DNA of 64,000 nucleotides from an uncultured Anaerolineales bacterium (GTDB lineage Bacteria; Chloroflexota; Anaerolineae; UBA1429): NCBI GenBank assembly GCA_964482225.1, contig CAYZWT010000002.1, positions 86,680 to 150,679 of the forward strand, read 5' to 3'. Shown piece by piece: positions 38,790 to 48,044 of this stretch (position 1 is its first letter; each line of letters starts with the position of its first letter). The notes under the pieces were generated by a model. It saw only the letters and a program-made list of their open reading frames with translations, ran no database searches and was not told where the DNA came from. The position numbers and the translations under genes were made by a program.

Positions 38790-41700
38790 ATGATCTACTT
38801 GAAGTTTCACCATCGGCTCACTGTCGGCTTGGTCGCGTTGGCGCTGCTGCTGCAACCCTGGGCATCCCGCTCTATCGCGGCGCAAGGGGTGACGTGGACT
38901 CGGCCTGTCAACCTGTCCCTCTCGGGAGCGGCTTCTGCGCCCCAACTGGTTGGGGGCGAGGGTGAGGCCCTGTATGCTTACTGGTGGGATCAGTTCGATG
39001 GCCTGACGGTATCGAGCCTGGACGCAAATGGCTGGGGCGCGCCGCAGCCTGTGCCCATCTCGGATATCTCTTATGACGCGGGTGGGCAACCAAACGTCAG
39101 CCAAGAGACCGGCCTGATCGTGCGGGTGACGGTGCGCACGCCGGGCACGCTGGCCGGCGACAACGCCGGGCGCGTGAACGCTTTTTTCCTGGGCACAACC
39201 GCCGCCGCGCAACGCCCTCTGCGGCAATCCAGCGCTGCCATCGGAGAGGCCGCCTGGTCCGAGCCGCGCACCATTGCGCCGGGCGCCTCGGCCTGGCGCA
39301 GCGTGACGGGCCCCGATGGCGCCGTGCACCTTGCGATCATGTATCCGGGCCGCGCGGCAGGCAGGCAGCCGGGCATCTACTATATGCGCTCCGATGACGG
39401 CGGCGTCACTTGGGGCGACCTGGTGCCGGTGGCCGAGTCGCTCTATGTGCGCATGGCGACCCAGACCGGCACCCACATGCAGCTCGTTCCCGCCGAGGAT
39501 GGCCGCCTGTTCTTGACTTGGAACGAGCCGGGCACCAACAGGGCGCTCTATAGCTGGAGCTGGGATGGCGGGGCAAGTTGGGCGCGGCCACGCCTGGTGG
39601 ATCCGAACGACCGCACGGCCACCCAGGCCCAGGTCGCCCTCGGGGCCGATGGCGTGGCGCTGATGCTGTGGCAAGGGACCACGTCAGCCGGCGAGCAAGC
39701 ATTGATGATGAGGCGTTCGGAGGATGGCGGTTGGAACTGGACGGCGCCCGAGCGGGTGCTGACTGGGCTGCGCGCCCAAGGGGCGCAGGTCGCGCTGCAG
39801 AGCCTGCCCAATGGCGGCGTGCTGCTGGCGGCCGGGGAGCAGGCCGACGGGCCCGCCCTGGCGGCGTGGCGGCCCGCTGCGCCCGACGGCTCTGCTGCGG
39901 CGGGTTGGTCCAGTATCCTGACGCTGCCCTATCCTGTGCGCGATCTGGATGCGCTGGTCGCCACGGGCGTCGCACGCTGGCAGGCCCGACTGCATGGGGA
40001 TCATGAGCTCGCGTTGATCGGTGCAGATGGCGGGGGCGATGTCTGGCTGCTGGGCGCCCGGCTCTCCGAGCTCACCTGGGCTTATCCCGAGTCGCCTGCG
40101 TGGCTCGAACAGACGCAAAGGCCTGATGCGGGCTGGGCTGCGCCGGTTCAGTTGGCCAGCTCAGGCGTTGTGGCCATGCGGGCGGCCGATGAACCCCTGC
40201 CTGTTGCGCAGCAGCCCACCGCGCCTCCAGTGGAGACCCCGCCCGTGCCCACCGAGCTGCGGCATGTGGTAGAGGTGGGCGATAGCCTTTCAGCCATAGC
40301 AGCGCGCTATGGGGTCTCGCCAACCGAGATTGCTGCGGCCAACGGCATTACGCAGACCAATATCGTGCGCGTGGGCCAAGAGCTGATCATCCCCGGCCAG
40401 GCTGCTGAGCCGGCGCCCGAGGCAGAGCCCGAAGCGACGCCTGAGATCGGAGCGGACCTGGGCGCCCAGCTGCAGCGGGCCGCCACAACCCTAGAGGCCC
40501 GGCCTCAGATCGTCGCGGGCCGCGACGGCCAGTTGCAGGCCCTGTGGTGGGACGCCTTTGAGGGGTTCACCAGCGCCTGGTTCGATGGCGCCGCATGGTT
40601 GCAGCCTCAACGCGCCGGCGCTTTTGTGCTGCCGGACCAACAGAGCTGGTTGCCACCCTTGGGCGCCGAGTTCCTCAGCGATGATGCGGGCCGCGTCCAT
40701 GCCTTTTGGCTGGAGAGCGAGCCCGTGGAGCCCGGCGCGCAGGATCGCACGCTGCGCCACAATAGCCTGACGCTGGGCGCACACACCTGGGGAGAGCCGA
40801 CCTTGGTGGCCTCCCTGGTGGCCTGGCGCATAGCCGTGGGCCGCGATGGCGCTCTGCTTTTGCTCTATACGCGCCCTGCCGCCGGGGGCGCCCCGGCCGG
40901 GCTCTATATCCGGAGCCTGTCGCCGGGCGAAGAGGGGTGGTCGGAGCCGATCCTGCTGCGCGAGTGGGCGCCAGAGACGCCACTGGCGGGCGACAATGCG
41001 CGGCTGGCCCTGGCCGTGGATGGCGACAAGGTCTATGCCGCCTGGGATGATGCCGAGATGGACGAACTGCTCTGGGCGCGCTCCGAGGATGGTGGCCAGA
41101 CCTGGTCTACACCCGCATCCGTTGGCGCGCCCGATCTCGGCCCGCGATGGCCGCTCTTGGCCGCCCTCTCGGGCGATGCCCTGCTCCTCTTCCAGGCCAC
41201 TGCGGGCGCCGAGGCCGGCAGCCTGCATCAGGTACGCATCAACACCAACGGCCAGATCGTGGGCAGCACGGAGGCCGTGCTGCCCGAAATCGTCGCGCCG
41301 CTGCCCGAGGGTGGGCGCATCACGCTCCAAGCCCTGGATGGCCAGACGGCGCTGCTGCTCTCGGGCGTTGGCGGCCAGACCCTTACGGTGGCGACCTGGC
41401 ACCGCGACCGGGCTCTGGACCCGCTGGACGATGGCTGGTCGGCGCCCCAGTCCTTTGGCTTTGGGCCAGAGGGTCCTGTAGGTGGCTCTGAGGGCACGTG
41501 GCAACATCTCGAAGCCGTGCTCTCTGCGGGGCGGTTCACGGTGCTGGGCCTGGGCCCGGAGAGCGATCTGTGGACCATCTCCCGCGAGGCAGCGGACGAG
41601 GGTTGGGCCGAGATCGCGCCGCCCACCTGGTCAGGCGCGGTGCGCATCGGCGAGATGCGAGCCGAGGATCGGGACATTGCCGTGCTGAGCGATGGCCAGG

Positions 41701-43013
41701 GCCGCGTGCATGTCATGTGGAGCGCCAGCCAGACCGAGGGAGGTCCAGGACTGGCTCTCTGGTACGCGCGCTATGCCGATGGCCGCTGGACGCAACCGGG
41801 CGCCCTCATCCGGCCCCAGGAGGGGGTGGCCGAACATCCCAGCCTGGCCCTGGTGGGCGAGCGCCTGCACGCCGTCTGGTCTGGGGGCACGGGTGGGCAG
41901 ATCCAATACGCTGCGTCCTTTGCGGCGGATGCCTACGCAGCCGCAAGCTGGCCTCAACCCACCTGGCTGCCAACCCCATCCACCGAGCGCGACGTCGTCG
42001 CGGCGCATCCGCAGATTCGCGCAGATCTGGCGGGCAGGCTGCACGTGGTCTATGCCGTACCGATCAACCAGACGCGCGGCATTTACTATACGCGCTCCGA
42101 TGATGGCGGCCTCACCTGGTCGCCTGCGCTGCCCGCCTTTGATGCCGCCGCAGAGGGCTGGGCGATGGTGGGGGAGCCTACCCTGGCCGTCGGCCAGAAC
42201 GGGGTTCTGTATGTGGCCTGGCTGCGCATGTCGCTAGTCGGGACGGCGCGCCCGCAGGCGCTCTATCTGGCGCGCTCGATTGATGGCGGCGCCACCTGGT
42301 CGGCGCCCAAGTTGATCGCCGAAGGCGACCTGATGACGCCCGAACTCCTGGTAGCCGGGGCCGAGGAGGTGCATCTGATCTGGCAGGAGGCCAGCGCCGG
42401 GTACGGCGTGTGGCATAGCTATACGCGCGATGGCGGGGATGAGTGGAGTCTGCCTATGCGGGTGCGCGGCCTGGCGCGGTTGGGCGGATACGCGGGCGCC
42501 GCCAGCGACGGCATGGGGCTTGTGTATCTGACAAGCGTGCAGCCCGATGCCAGCGGCCGCACGCAGTTGCTCCAGGCAACCTGGGAATCCGCCAATGAGC
42601 AATGGCGCCTCGAGGAGCCATACCTGCTGCCCTGGAGCGTCCAATCGGCGAGCGGGGCTTGGGTGGCACTGGAGCCGCTTCTGGGCAATCTGGAGGTGGT
42701 GTTGCAGGCCGAGGTCGCCCATGACGAGGGGGCACAAACCGAGTTGCTGCACACGCGCCGGCAGGTCTCGCCGCGCCAGGCGCTGCCCGCGCCTGCGCCC
42801 GGCCTGATCGCCACGCCCACGCCGCAGGCCACGCCTACCGCTCAGCCTACGCCCACCGTGCGGCCCACGGTCAACATCGAGGCGCCCCCTGAAGGCGAGG
42901 GCGCGATCGAGGTGGGCACTTTTACGGTGCCGCTCCTGTCCATCGGCGGGGTGCTGGTCGTGGCCCTGTTGGTGATCGGCGTGCTGGTCGCGCGTGGCGC
43001 GCGGCGGCGCTGA
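38790..43013 (+). CDS. Giant (1407 aa) secreted BNR/Asp-box repeat protein with an internal LysM domain, a PT-rich linker and a C-terminal membrane anchor
   Basis: Signal peptide. At least 7 Asp-boxes (SDDGGVTWG, SWDGGASWA, SEDGGWNWT, SEDGGQTWS, SDDGGLTWS, SIDGGATWS, TRDGGDEWS). LysM (VVEVGDSLSAIAARYGVSPTEIAAANGI) near nt 40258-40395. ATPTPQATPTAQPTPTVRPT linker. C-terminal TM segment followed by RGARRR. Confidence 0.8.
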   Translation: MIYLKFHHRLTVGLVALALLLQPWASRSIAAQGVTWTRPVNLSLSGAASAPQLVGGEGEALYAYWWDQFDGLTVSSLDANGWGAPQPVPISDISYDAGGQPNVSQETGLIVRVTVRTPGTLAGDNAGRVNAFFLGTTAAAQRPLRQSSAAIGEAAWSEPRTIAPGASAWRSVTGPDGAVHLAIMYPGRAAGRQPGIYYMRSDDGGVTWGDLVPVAESLYVRMATQTGTHMQLVPAEDGRLFLTWNEPGTNRALYSWSWDGGASWARPRLVDPNDRTATQAQVALGADGVALMLWQGTTSAGEQALMMRRSEDGGWNWTAPERVLTGLRAQGAQVALQSLPNGGVLLAAGEQADGPALAAWRPAAPDGSAAAGWSSILTLPYPVRDLDALVATGVARWQARLHGDHELALIGADGGGDVWLLGARLSELTWAYPESPAWLEQTQRPDAGWAAPVQLASSGVVAMRAADEPLPVAQQPTAPPVETPPVPTELRHVVEVGDSLSAIAARYGVSPTEIAAANGITQTNIVRVGQELIIPGQAAEPAPEAEPEATPEIGADLGAQLQRAATTLEARPQIVAGRDGQLQALWWDAFEGFTSAWFDGAAWLQPQRAGAFVLPDQQSWLPPLGAEFLSDDAGRVHAFWLESEPVEPGAQDRTLRHNSLTLGAHTWGEPTLVASLVAWRIAVGRDGALLLLYTRPAAGGAPAGLYIRSLSPGEEGWSEPILLREWAPETPLAGDNARLALAVDGDKVYAAWDDAEMDELLWARSEDGGQTWSTPASVGAPDLGPRWPLLAALSGDALLLFQATAGAEAGSLHQVRINTNGQIVGSTEAVLPEIVAPLPEGGRITLQALDGQTALLLSGVGGQTLTVATWHRDRALDPLDDGWSAPQSFGFGPEGPVGGSEGTWQHLEAVLSAGRFTVLGLGPESDLWTISREAADEGWAEIAPPTWSGAVRIGEMRAEDRDIAVLSDGQGRVHVMWSASQTEGGPGLALWYARYADGRWTQPGALIRPQEGVAEHPSLALVGERLHAVWSGGTGGQIQYAASFAADAYAAASWPQPTWLPTPSTERDVVAAHPQIRADLAGRLHVVYAVPINQTRGIYYTRSDDGGLTWSPALPAFDAAAEGWAMVGEPTLAVGQNGVLYVAWLRMSLVGTARPQALYLARSIDGGATWSAPKLIAEGDLMTPELLVAGAEEVHLIWQEASAGYGVWHSYTRDGGDEWSLPMRVRGLARLGGYAGAASDGMGLVYLTSVQPDASGRTQLLQATWESANEQWRLEEPYLLPWSVQSASGAWVALEPLLGNLEVVLQAEVAHDEGAQTELLHTRRQVSPRQALPAPAPGLIATPTPQATPTAQPTPTVRPTVNIEAPPEGEGAIEVGTFTVPLLSIGGVLVVALLVIGVLVARGARRR

Positions 43014-43031
43014 CGCCAGGGGCGTATAGAG

Positions 43032-43064
43032 ACAAGGGCCTCGGGAGGACATCCCGAGGCCCTT
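43032..43064. terminator. Perfect 14-bp hairpin (caagggcctcggga-ggaca-tcccgaggcccttg) between the convergent BNR giant and C25 peptidase genes. Likely bidirectional terminator
   Basis: Perfect inverted repeat centred in the 69-nt convergent gap. Followed by uugugguuc on the + strand and a U-rich run on the - strand. Confidence 0.55.
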
Positions 43065-43082
43065 GTGGTTCGGCCCGATCCG

Positions 43083-46000
43083 TTATTTGCGGGAGGCCAT
43101 GGGCAAGAACGCGAAGGAAAGGCCGCTCGACTGGACCTCAAAGCTCCGGGTTTCCGACCACTCGCCCACACTTGGGCAGCCCAGGGTTGTCTCGACCACA
43201 CGCACGCGCCAGTAGTAGGCGCCGCTGCCCATCGTCGCGGCCAGGGTCAGGCCGGTCTCGTCGGTCTGCTGGTTCGCCAGCAACGTCTCAAAGGTATCTT
43301 CTCGCGCAACCTGGATCTGGTATCGGCGCGCGCCCTCGGCGGGCTGCCACAGCAACTGCAGCGGCTGGCCCCCCGTGATCTGGGCGCCGTCATTGGGAGC
43401 GCCAAGGCTGACCGGCGCGGGCACAGAGCACACGGCGGTATCGAACGTCCAGATTGGCCCCCGAACCGGTCCGTTGAGGCCCCAAGCAATGACCTGCCAG
43501 GCGTATTGGGTTCCTTCCTGCAACGGGCCCGGATCGCAACGGGCGTCATCCACGTTCGAGCAAACCAGGACTGTCGGCGTGGTGACAGTGTTCGCCTCCA
43601 AGTAGACCTCATAGGTGACCTGCTCGCCCTCGCACGGGTGCCCGCCACACCAAGAGAGCTGGGCATCCAGGGCCACACCTGTCTGTCCATCGGCCGGCAT
43701 CGGGTCGTTGGGCTCTACCGGCGACAATGAGCAAGGCGTCACTTGTGTGGCAAAGGTCCACTCGGGGCCCTGGGTTTCTCCGACACTGCTCTGCGCTACC
43801 ACGCGCCAGGTATATGTGGCGCCCTCTTGCAGCGGCCCCGGGGCACACGCGCTAGATTCGGCGCCGCTACAGACCAGGGTCTCGGCAGAGCCGTTGACGG
43901 CCAGGTAGACATCATAGGTCACCGTCTCGCCCTCGCAGCCCGGGCCGCCCAACCATGCCAGATCAGCGTTCGGGTCAACATCGCCGGCGCTGTCGGAAGG
44001 CGTGGGCGACGTGGGGGTGGGGGGCGGAACGGCGCAGCCAGCGCCGCTCGATGTCAAGGAAAGAGCGGGGTCACCGTACAGGTTCGAGACCACCATATTC
44101 TGCCACAGTTGCCCGTTACTGCCCATCAGGGCATTGGCGCGGTAGTAGGCCAGCGCCTCACCGATGGTCTCGTCATAATTGAGCATGCGATCCATGGCCA
44201 TGTACGCCAGGGTAGCGTTGTCTCCCATCGTGCCGCTGCTCGGCCAGGGGCCCAGCACGTAGTAGCTGAGATGCGAAGAGCTGATGGTTCCCACGGCGCC
44301 GTTCACCAGCAGCCCGTAGCCCAGGTTGGTGCTCGTGTTGGGAGAACCGTTGGTGCAGGCCACTTGGAGCACAAAGGATGGGCGCGAGTTGTTCAACTGG
44401 GCCACTTGGGCTGTTGTGAACAAGGCCGTCGTTTGGGTCTCTTGGCTATACTGGGTGATATGGTCTGCCCGCGTATCGTCGTGCACCCATATCCGCCGAT
44501 AGGCGCCGGTGGCGTTGCCATGCCCCCACCAGGCCACGATGCCATAGCCCTGCTGCCACGCGCCGACCAGGTTGGCCGTATTCAGGGGGGCATTGGCCGC
44601 CGTCAGGGGATAGGCCGATCCATCGGCATAGACGCCCTCTTTTTCATAGAGTGTGTAGGCGCTCAGGCCGGCGCCCAGCGCCACATTGCGCAGCGCCTGG
44701 CCCCAGTCATCGCCGTAGGTGCGGAATGAGGCAGGATAGTCCGGCGGATAGACGACAACGCCGTCGTTGTTGTTGTCCTGCGGGCCGTGGTTAGAGATGG
44801 CCGCAGCGATCAGAGCCCGTTGGCGCCAGGCCAGATCGCCGCCGGCGCCCTGATAGGCTACGAACTTGGCCAGGATGCTGTCCAGCTCGGCATAAGAGCC
44901 GTAAAAGGGCACCCGCCCCACATATACCTCCGGCAGGCGATCAATGCCGCCGGCCCCGATATCCGCCAGTTCCCCGAACCTGTCGTTAGCATTCAGATTC
45001 CAGTTGCCAGAGAGGTCCGAGTAGTACATGTCCGTGGCCACTGCGTTGGACATGAAGGGATAGGTGATTTTCATCGGCACGCTGGTGGCGCTGTCAAAGC
45101 TGTCTGTGCTGGGCTTGCCGATGAGCAGCACATACTGAATGCCTTCCGAGGCATAGCGCGAGGCCAGCCAGTTGCGGATGTTGTCTGCCCGTGCGTCAAC
45201 CGTGCCCCCGCTCACATAGGTCGTGCTCGTGGCGGAAGCGCCCTCGGTGACGACCTTGACGCCGTGCCCGGCCTGCTGCTTGGATTGCACAAAGGCCGCC
45301 AGTTGGGCGCTGTTGGCCGCGATGGCTGCCGTGGTGATGATGACATAATCGTTGGTCGCCGAAGTGGCCACGCCCTCCGCATCGAGTGAATAGCCCGCGC
45401 TGCGGGCATGGTCAACGTACAGGCTGTGATCGGTGGGATTGAGCAGGCTGGGAGCGAGCGCATCCCAGGCGGCGCCGCTGGCAGCATCCAGGGCCAGGCC
45501 CGGCGCGCCGGAGCGCTGATAGGTGACGCGCAACGCGCCGCCTGTGATCTGGCGCAGCGTGCCTTGTGCAGGGTTATACGCCAGCGGCCAGTAAGCCAGC
45601 TCGAGCACGCGCCAGTTGCGCTGGCTGCCCACCGAGAGGATGGCGATGGGGTGGGCGGGCCAGTAAGCGTCCTGCTCATAAATGGCCAGCAGGCGCCCAT
45701 CGCGCAGCGCCTCCGGCTCGTGGCCGCCCCACTCTGGCGTTCCCTCTAGGTCAGAGGCGGCCAAGGGGGGCGCTGCCGCAACATCGTATTGGCCGGGCAG
45801 ATCGGCCCACTCGGGGGCGACCAACTCGACCTTGACCGACTGCGCGACCACATCGGGCGGCAACAGGATCCGCCATACGGCCACAGGCAACTGGGGCTCC
45901 CCGGGCGAGAAATTGGCCACCATATCGGGGAATGTGGGCACGTCGCCTCTCGGCGCGGACTCGACGCCGGGGGCGCCGGATTGCGGCAGGGGAATGGTGA

Positions 46001-46145
46001 TGCTCCCGGAGGCCGCCGGCGTAGGGTCGAAGGCCCTCTGTGCCCGCGCAGGCAGGCCGCCGAGGATCAGACTCGCGATCACGAACAAAGTGACGATGAA
46101 CAGCCTATTACGTCGTGCGTTGCCGGTTGATGCTAACGATAACAT
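43083..46145 (-). CDS. Secreted peptidase C25 (gingipain-like cysteine peptidase) with three C-terminal FN3/Ig-like domains
   Basis: Signal peptide. Catalytic His block WWGHGNATG and Cys block LQVACTNG resemble gingipain YTGHGS / DVACVNG. Three repeats of about 90 aa (YxVYL...GxxYxWxV...WxF) with conserved Cys pairs. Confidence 0.6.
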   Translation of the reverse strand: MLSLASTGNARRNRLFIVTLFVIASLILGGLPARAQRAFDPTPAASGSITIPLPQSGAPGVESAPRGDVPTFPDMVANFSPGEPQLPVAVWRILLPPDVVAQSVKVELVAPEWADLPGQYDVAAAPPLAASDLEGTPEWGGHEPEALRDGRLLAIYEQDAYWPAHPIAILSVGSQRNWRVLELAYWPLAYNPAQGTLRQITGGALRVTYQRSGAPGLALDAASGAAWDALAPSLLNPTDHSLYVDHARSAGYSLDAEGVATSATNDYVIITTAAIAANSAQLAAFVQSKQQAGHGVKVVTEGASATSTTYVSGGTVDARADNIRNWLASRYASEGIQYVLLIGKPSTDSFDSATSVPMKITYPFMSNAVATDMYYSDLSGNWNLNANDRFGELADIGAGGIDRLPEVYVGRVPFYGSYAELDSILAKFVAYQGAGGDLAWRQRALIAAAISNHGPQDNNNDGVVVYPPDYPASFRTYGDDWGQALRNVALGAGLSAYTLYEKEGVYADGSAYPLTAANAPLNTANLVGAWQQGYGIVAWWGHGNATGAYRRIWVHDDTRADHITQYSQETQTTALFTTAQVAQLNNSRPSFVLQVACTNGSPNTSTNLGYGLLVNGAVGTISSSHLSYYVLGPWPSSGTMGDNATLAYMAMDRMLNYDETIGEALAYYRANALMGSNGQLWQNMVVSNLYGDPALSLTSSGAGCAVPPPTPTSPTPSDSAGDVDPNADLAWLGGPGCEGETVTYDVYLAVNGSAETLVCSGAESSACAPGPLQEGATYTWRVVAQSSVGETQGPEWTFATQVTPCSLSPVEPNDPMPADGQTGVALDAQLSWCGGHPCEGEQVTYEVYLEANTVTTPTVLVCSNVDDARCDPGPLQEGTQYAWQVIAWGLNGPVRGPIWTFDTAVCSVPAPVSLGAPNDGAQITGGQPLQLLWQPAEGARRYQIQVAREDTFETLLANQQTDETGLTLAATMGSGAYYWRVRVVETTLGCPSVGEWSETRSFEVQSSGLSFAFLPMASRK

Positions 46146-46409
46146 TCTAGTCCCCTAGTCCAAGAGTCGCGCCGACTTTCACAGGTTCCTCCATGGAACG
46201 AGCCAGCTCGCAGCCGATCCTGACAGACTCCTACCTGATTCTGACCTAATCATAGCGCCGAGACCGGTAACAGTGCAACTTTTATGTCTATCTTACGCGA
46301 GTTGTATCTGCTGACCATACGCCAATGACGCCATGCTAAACGCTACGTAAATACTCTATGATATAGGATAATATAGGGAGGTTGCTTATATAACAATATC
46401 GTTTTTTCG

Positions 46410-46456
46410 ATGCCAAAACGCGCCGCACACGGGCCGTGTGCGGCGCGTTTTGGCAT
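46410..46456. terminator. Intrinsic bidirectional terminator-like element: 23-nt arms (atgccaaaacgcgccgcacacgg / ccgtgtgcggcgcgttttggcat) with a GC core flanked by A4/T4. It sits in a 414-bp AT-rich island
   Basis: Near-perfect inverted repeat. GC-rich inner stem followed by TTTT on both strands. About 100 nt downstream of the hpt stop (46560). Confidence 0.6.
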
Positions 46457-46559
46457 TTCGCAGGGCTGATGATCGGGCTGTCTGTTGCGCTATTCTGTAT
46501 TCTTACAGTGAATTTACGTTAACGGGAGATAAAGAGGAGGGGTGGGGAGCCTACCGAGC

Positions 46560-47123
46560 TCAGGCTGCGTGGTCTTGGTTCGGCTTGAGGGTGGCGATGA
46601 ACGAGAGGTTGCGATAGTAGCCGTTCTTGTCCAGGCCATAGCCTACGACGAACTCATCCGGCAACTCGAGGCCCCGATAATCCAGGGGGATGTTGATCAG
46701 GCGCCGGTAAGGGCGGTCGAACAGGACGCACACGCGCAGCGAGGCGGGTTGGCGCGTGCGCAGCGTGCGCAGGAGATAGTCGAGCGTGAGGCCCGTGTCA
46801 ATCACGTCCTCGACAAAGAGCACGTGTCGGCCGGTGATGGACTCGTCCAGGTCTTTGACGATGCGCACGGTGCCGGTGGAAGCAGAGGCGCCATAGTGGG
46901 AGATGGCCATGAAATCCACCGCCACGGGGATGGTGATGGCCCGCAGCAGGTCGGCCATGAACAGGGCCACGCCATTGAGCACGCCCACCAGCACAGGGCG
47001 CAGGCCCGCATAGTCGCGGCTGATCTCGGCGCCCATTGCGCCGACGGCGGCCTGGATCTCTTGATCGGAAAGCACCACGCGCTCGACACGCTCTGCCAGC
47101 CAATGCCCCGCGAATTCAGCCAT
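46560..47123 (-). CDS. hpt: Hypoxanthine-guanine phosphoribosyltransferase
   Basis: PRT motif (VLFVEDVIDTGLTL) and flanking conserved blocks. Start at MAEFAGH; the tool's ORF extension was discarded. Confidence 0.85.
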   Translation of the reverse strand: MAEFAGHWLAERVERVVLSDQEIQAAVGAMGAEISRDYAGLRPVLVGVLNGVALFMADLLRAITIPVAVDFMAISHYGASASTGTVRIVKDLDESITGRHVLFVEDVIDTGLTLDYLLRTLRTRQPASLRVCVLFDRPYRRLINIPLDYRGLELPDEFVVGYGLDKNGYYRNLSFIATLKPNQDHAA

Positions 47124-47538
47124 CGGCGTTCTCCAGCGCTTGCTTGCCCACCAGATCGTCGGACTGATCCTCGATGCCAAAGCGCTGCAGCATCCACTCG
47201 AAATCCTTGCGGTTCCAGAGCTTGATCTGCACGTCGGGGTAGAGGGTTCGCAGCAGCCGCACTTTGCGCCGCTTGATGCGGATCAGCTTTTGGCGCAGGG
47301 TGGTCAACTCGACGAATATGCCCTGGTCAACCAGGTAGAAATCAGGGGAGAATGCCTCGATCACAATGCCGTTCTCGTCCCAACGGAGAGGAAAGGTGTA
47401 GGGCTCGTACTGCCAGCGGATGCCAAAAAAGTCGAGGATACTGGCGAACTCTTGTTCGCTGGGGTGGGCGAACTCGATAGCCTCGCGCGGCACCTCCGGG
47501 TTGCGGACAGGGCGAGGCTGGTTGACGTCAACTTGCAT
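47116..47538 (-). CDS. Hypothetical small protein of about 140 aa. Its stop overlaps the hpt start by 8 nt
   Basis: ORF with high GC3. Start chosen at MQVDV. No family recognised. Probably co-transcribed with hpt. Confidence 0.45.
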   Translation of the reverse strand: MQVDVNQPRPVRNPEVPREAIEFAHPSEQEFASILDFFGIRWQYEPYTFPLRWDENGIVIEAFSPDFYLVDQGIFVELTTLRQKLIRIKRRKVRLLRTLYPDVQIKLWNRKDFEWMLQRFGIEDQSDDLVGKQALENADG

Positions 47539-48044
47539 ATAGCCGGCTGAGGCTCCTGGCCAGGTTGCTGTGCGTTTGCTTGCTGGTGGGATTATAGGCC
47601 AGACGAGCGCCTTGTCAACGCGCTTGCCGGGCGCCTGTGCACAAAAAAAGGGCGCCGCCCGACCTCCTGGCCGGGTGCACCCCTGAGCAAAGAGCAAAGC
47701 CCCAAGTGACCGCGATTCGTTGACTGACACACCAATTCGTTTTTGTGGAGTGTCTTCTCCGCCAGACCAAGTGGGTCTCACTTTCCTTCAGCGAACTGTC
47801 GTACTCGTTTGATGGCGTACAAACAGCAACTCTCGCTGCCATCTCTAGGCCACGTACGGCCCTCTGGGTCTTACCCCAGGAACTCTCCGCCCACTCGACC
47901 CACTCACTTGGTGTGAGCCCGAACGTTAGCCTCTCGGGGCTTTGCATTGTCATAATAGCAGAAATGCGTCGAAATGTCAAGTGTTATGTGCGAGATTTGA
48001 CACTTTCTCCTCTATCGTAGCGCCCCGGCGCATCCCGCTCGCCC

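Noticed and set aside
38163-39674. 503-aa - strand ORF
   Set aside because: Antisense to the Wzy_C and BNR-giant genes. Those two are supported by TM topology and Asp-box/LysM motifs. This ORF has neither.
47930-47990. TGTCAA / TTGACA inverted hexamers with 17-nt spacing upstream of the hpt operon
   Set aside because: Only 6-7 bp arms and a single occurrence. More likely a chance match or an overlapping -35 box than an operator.
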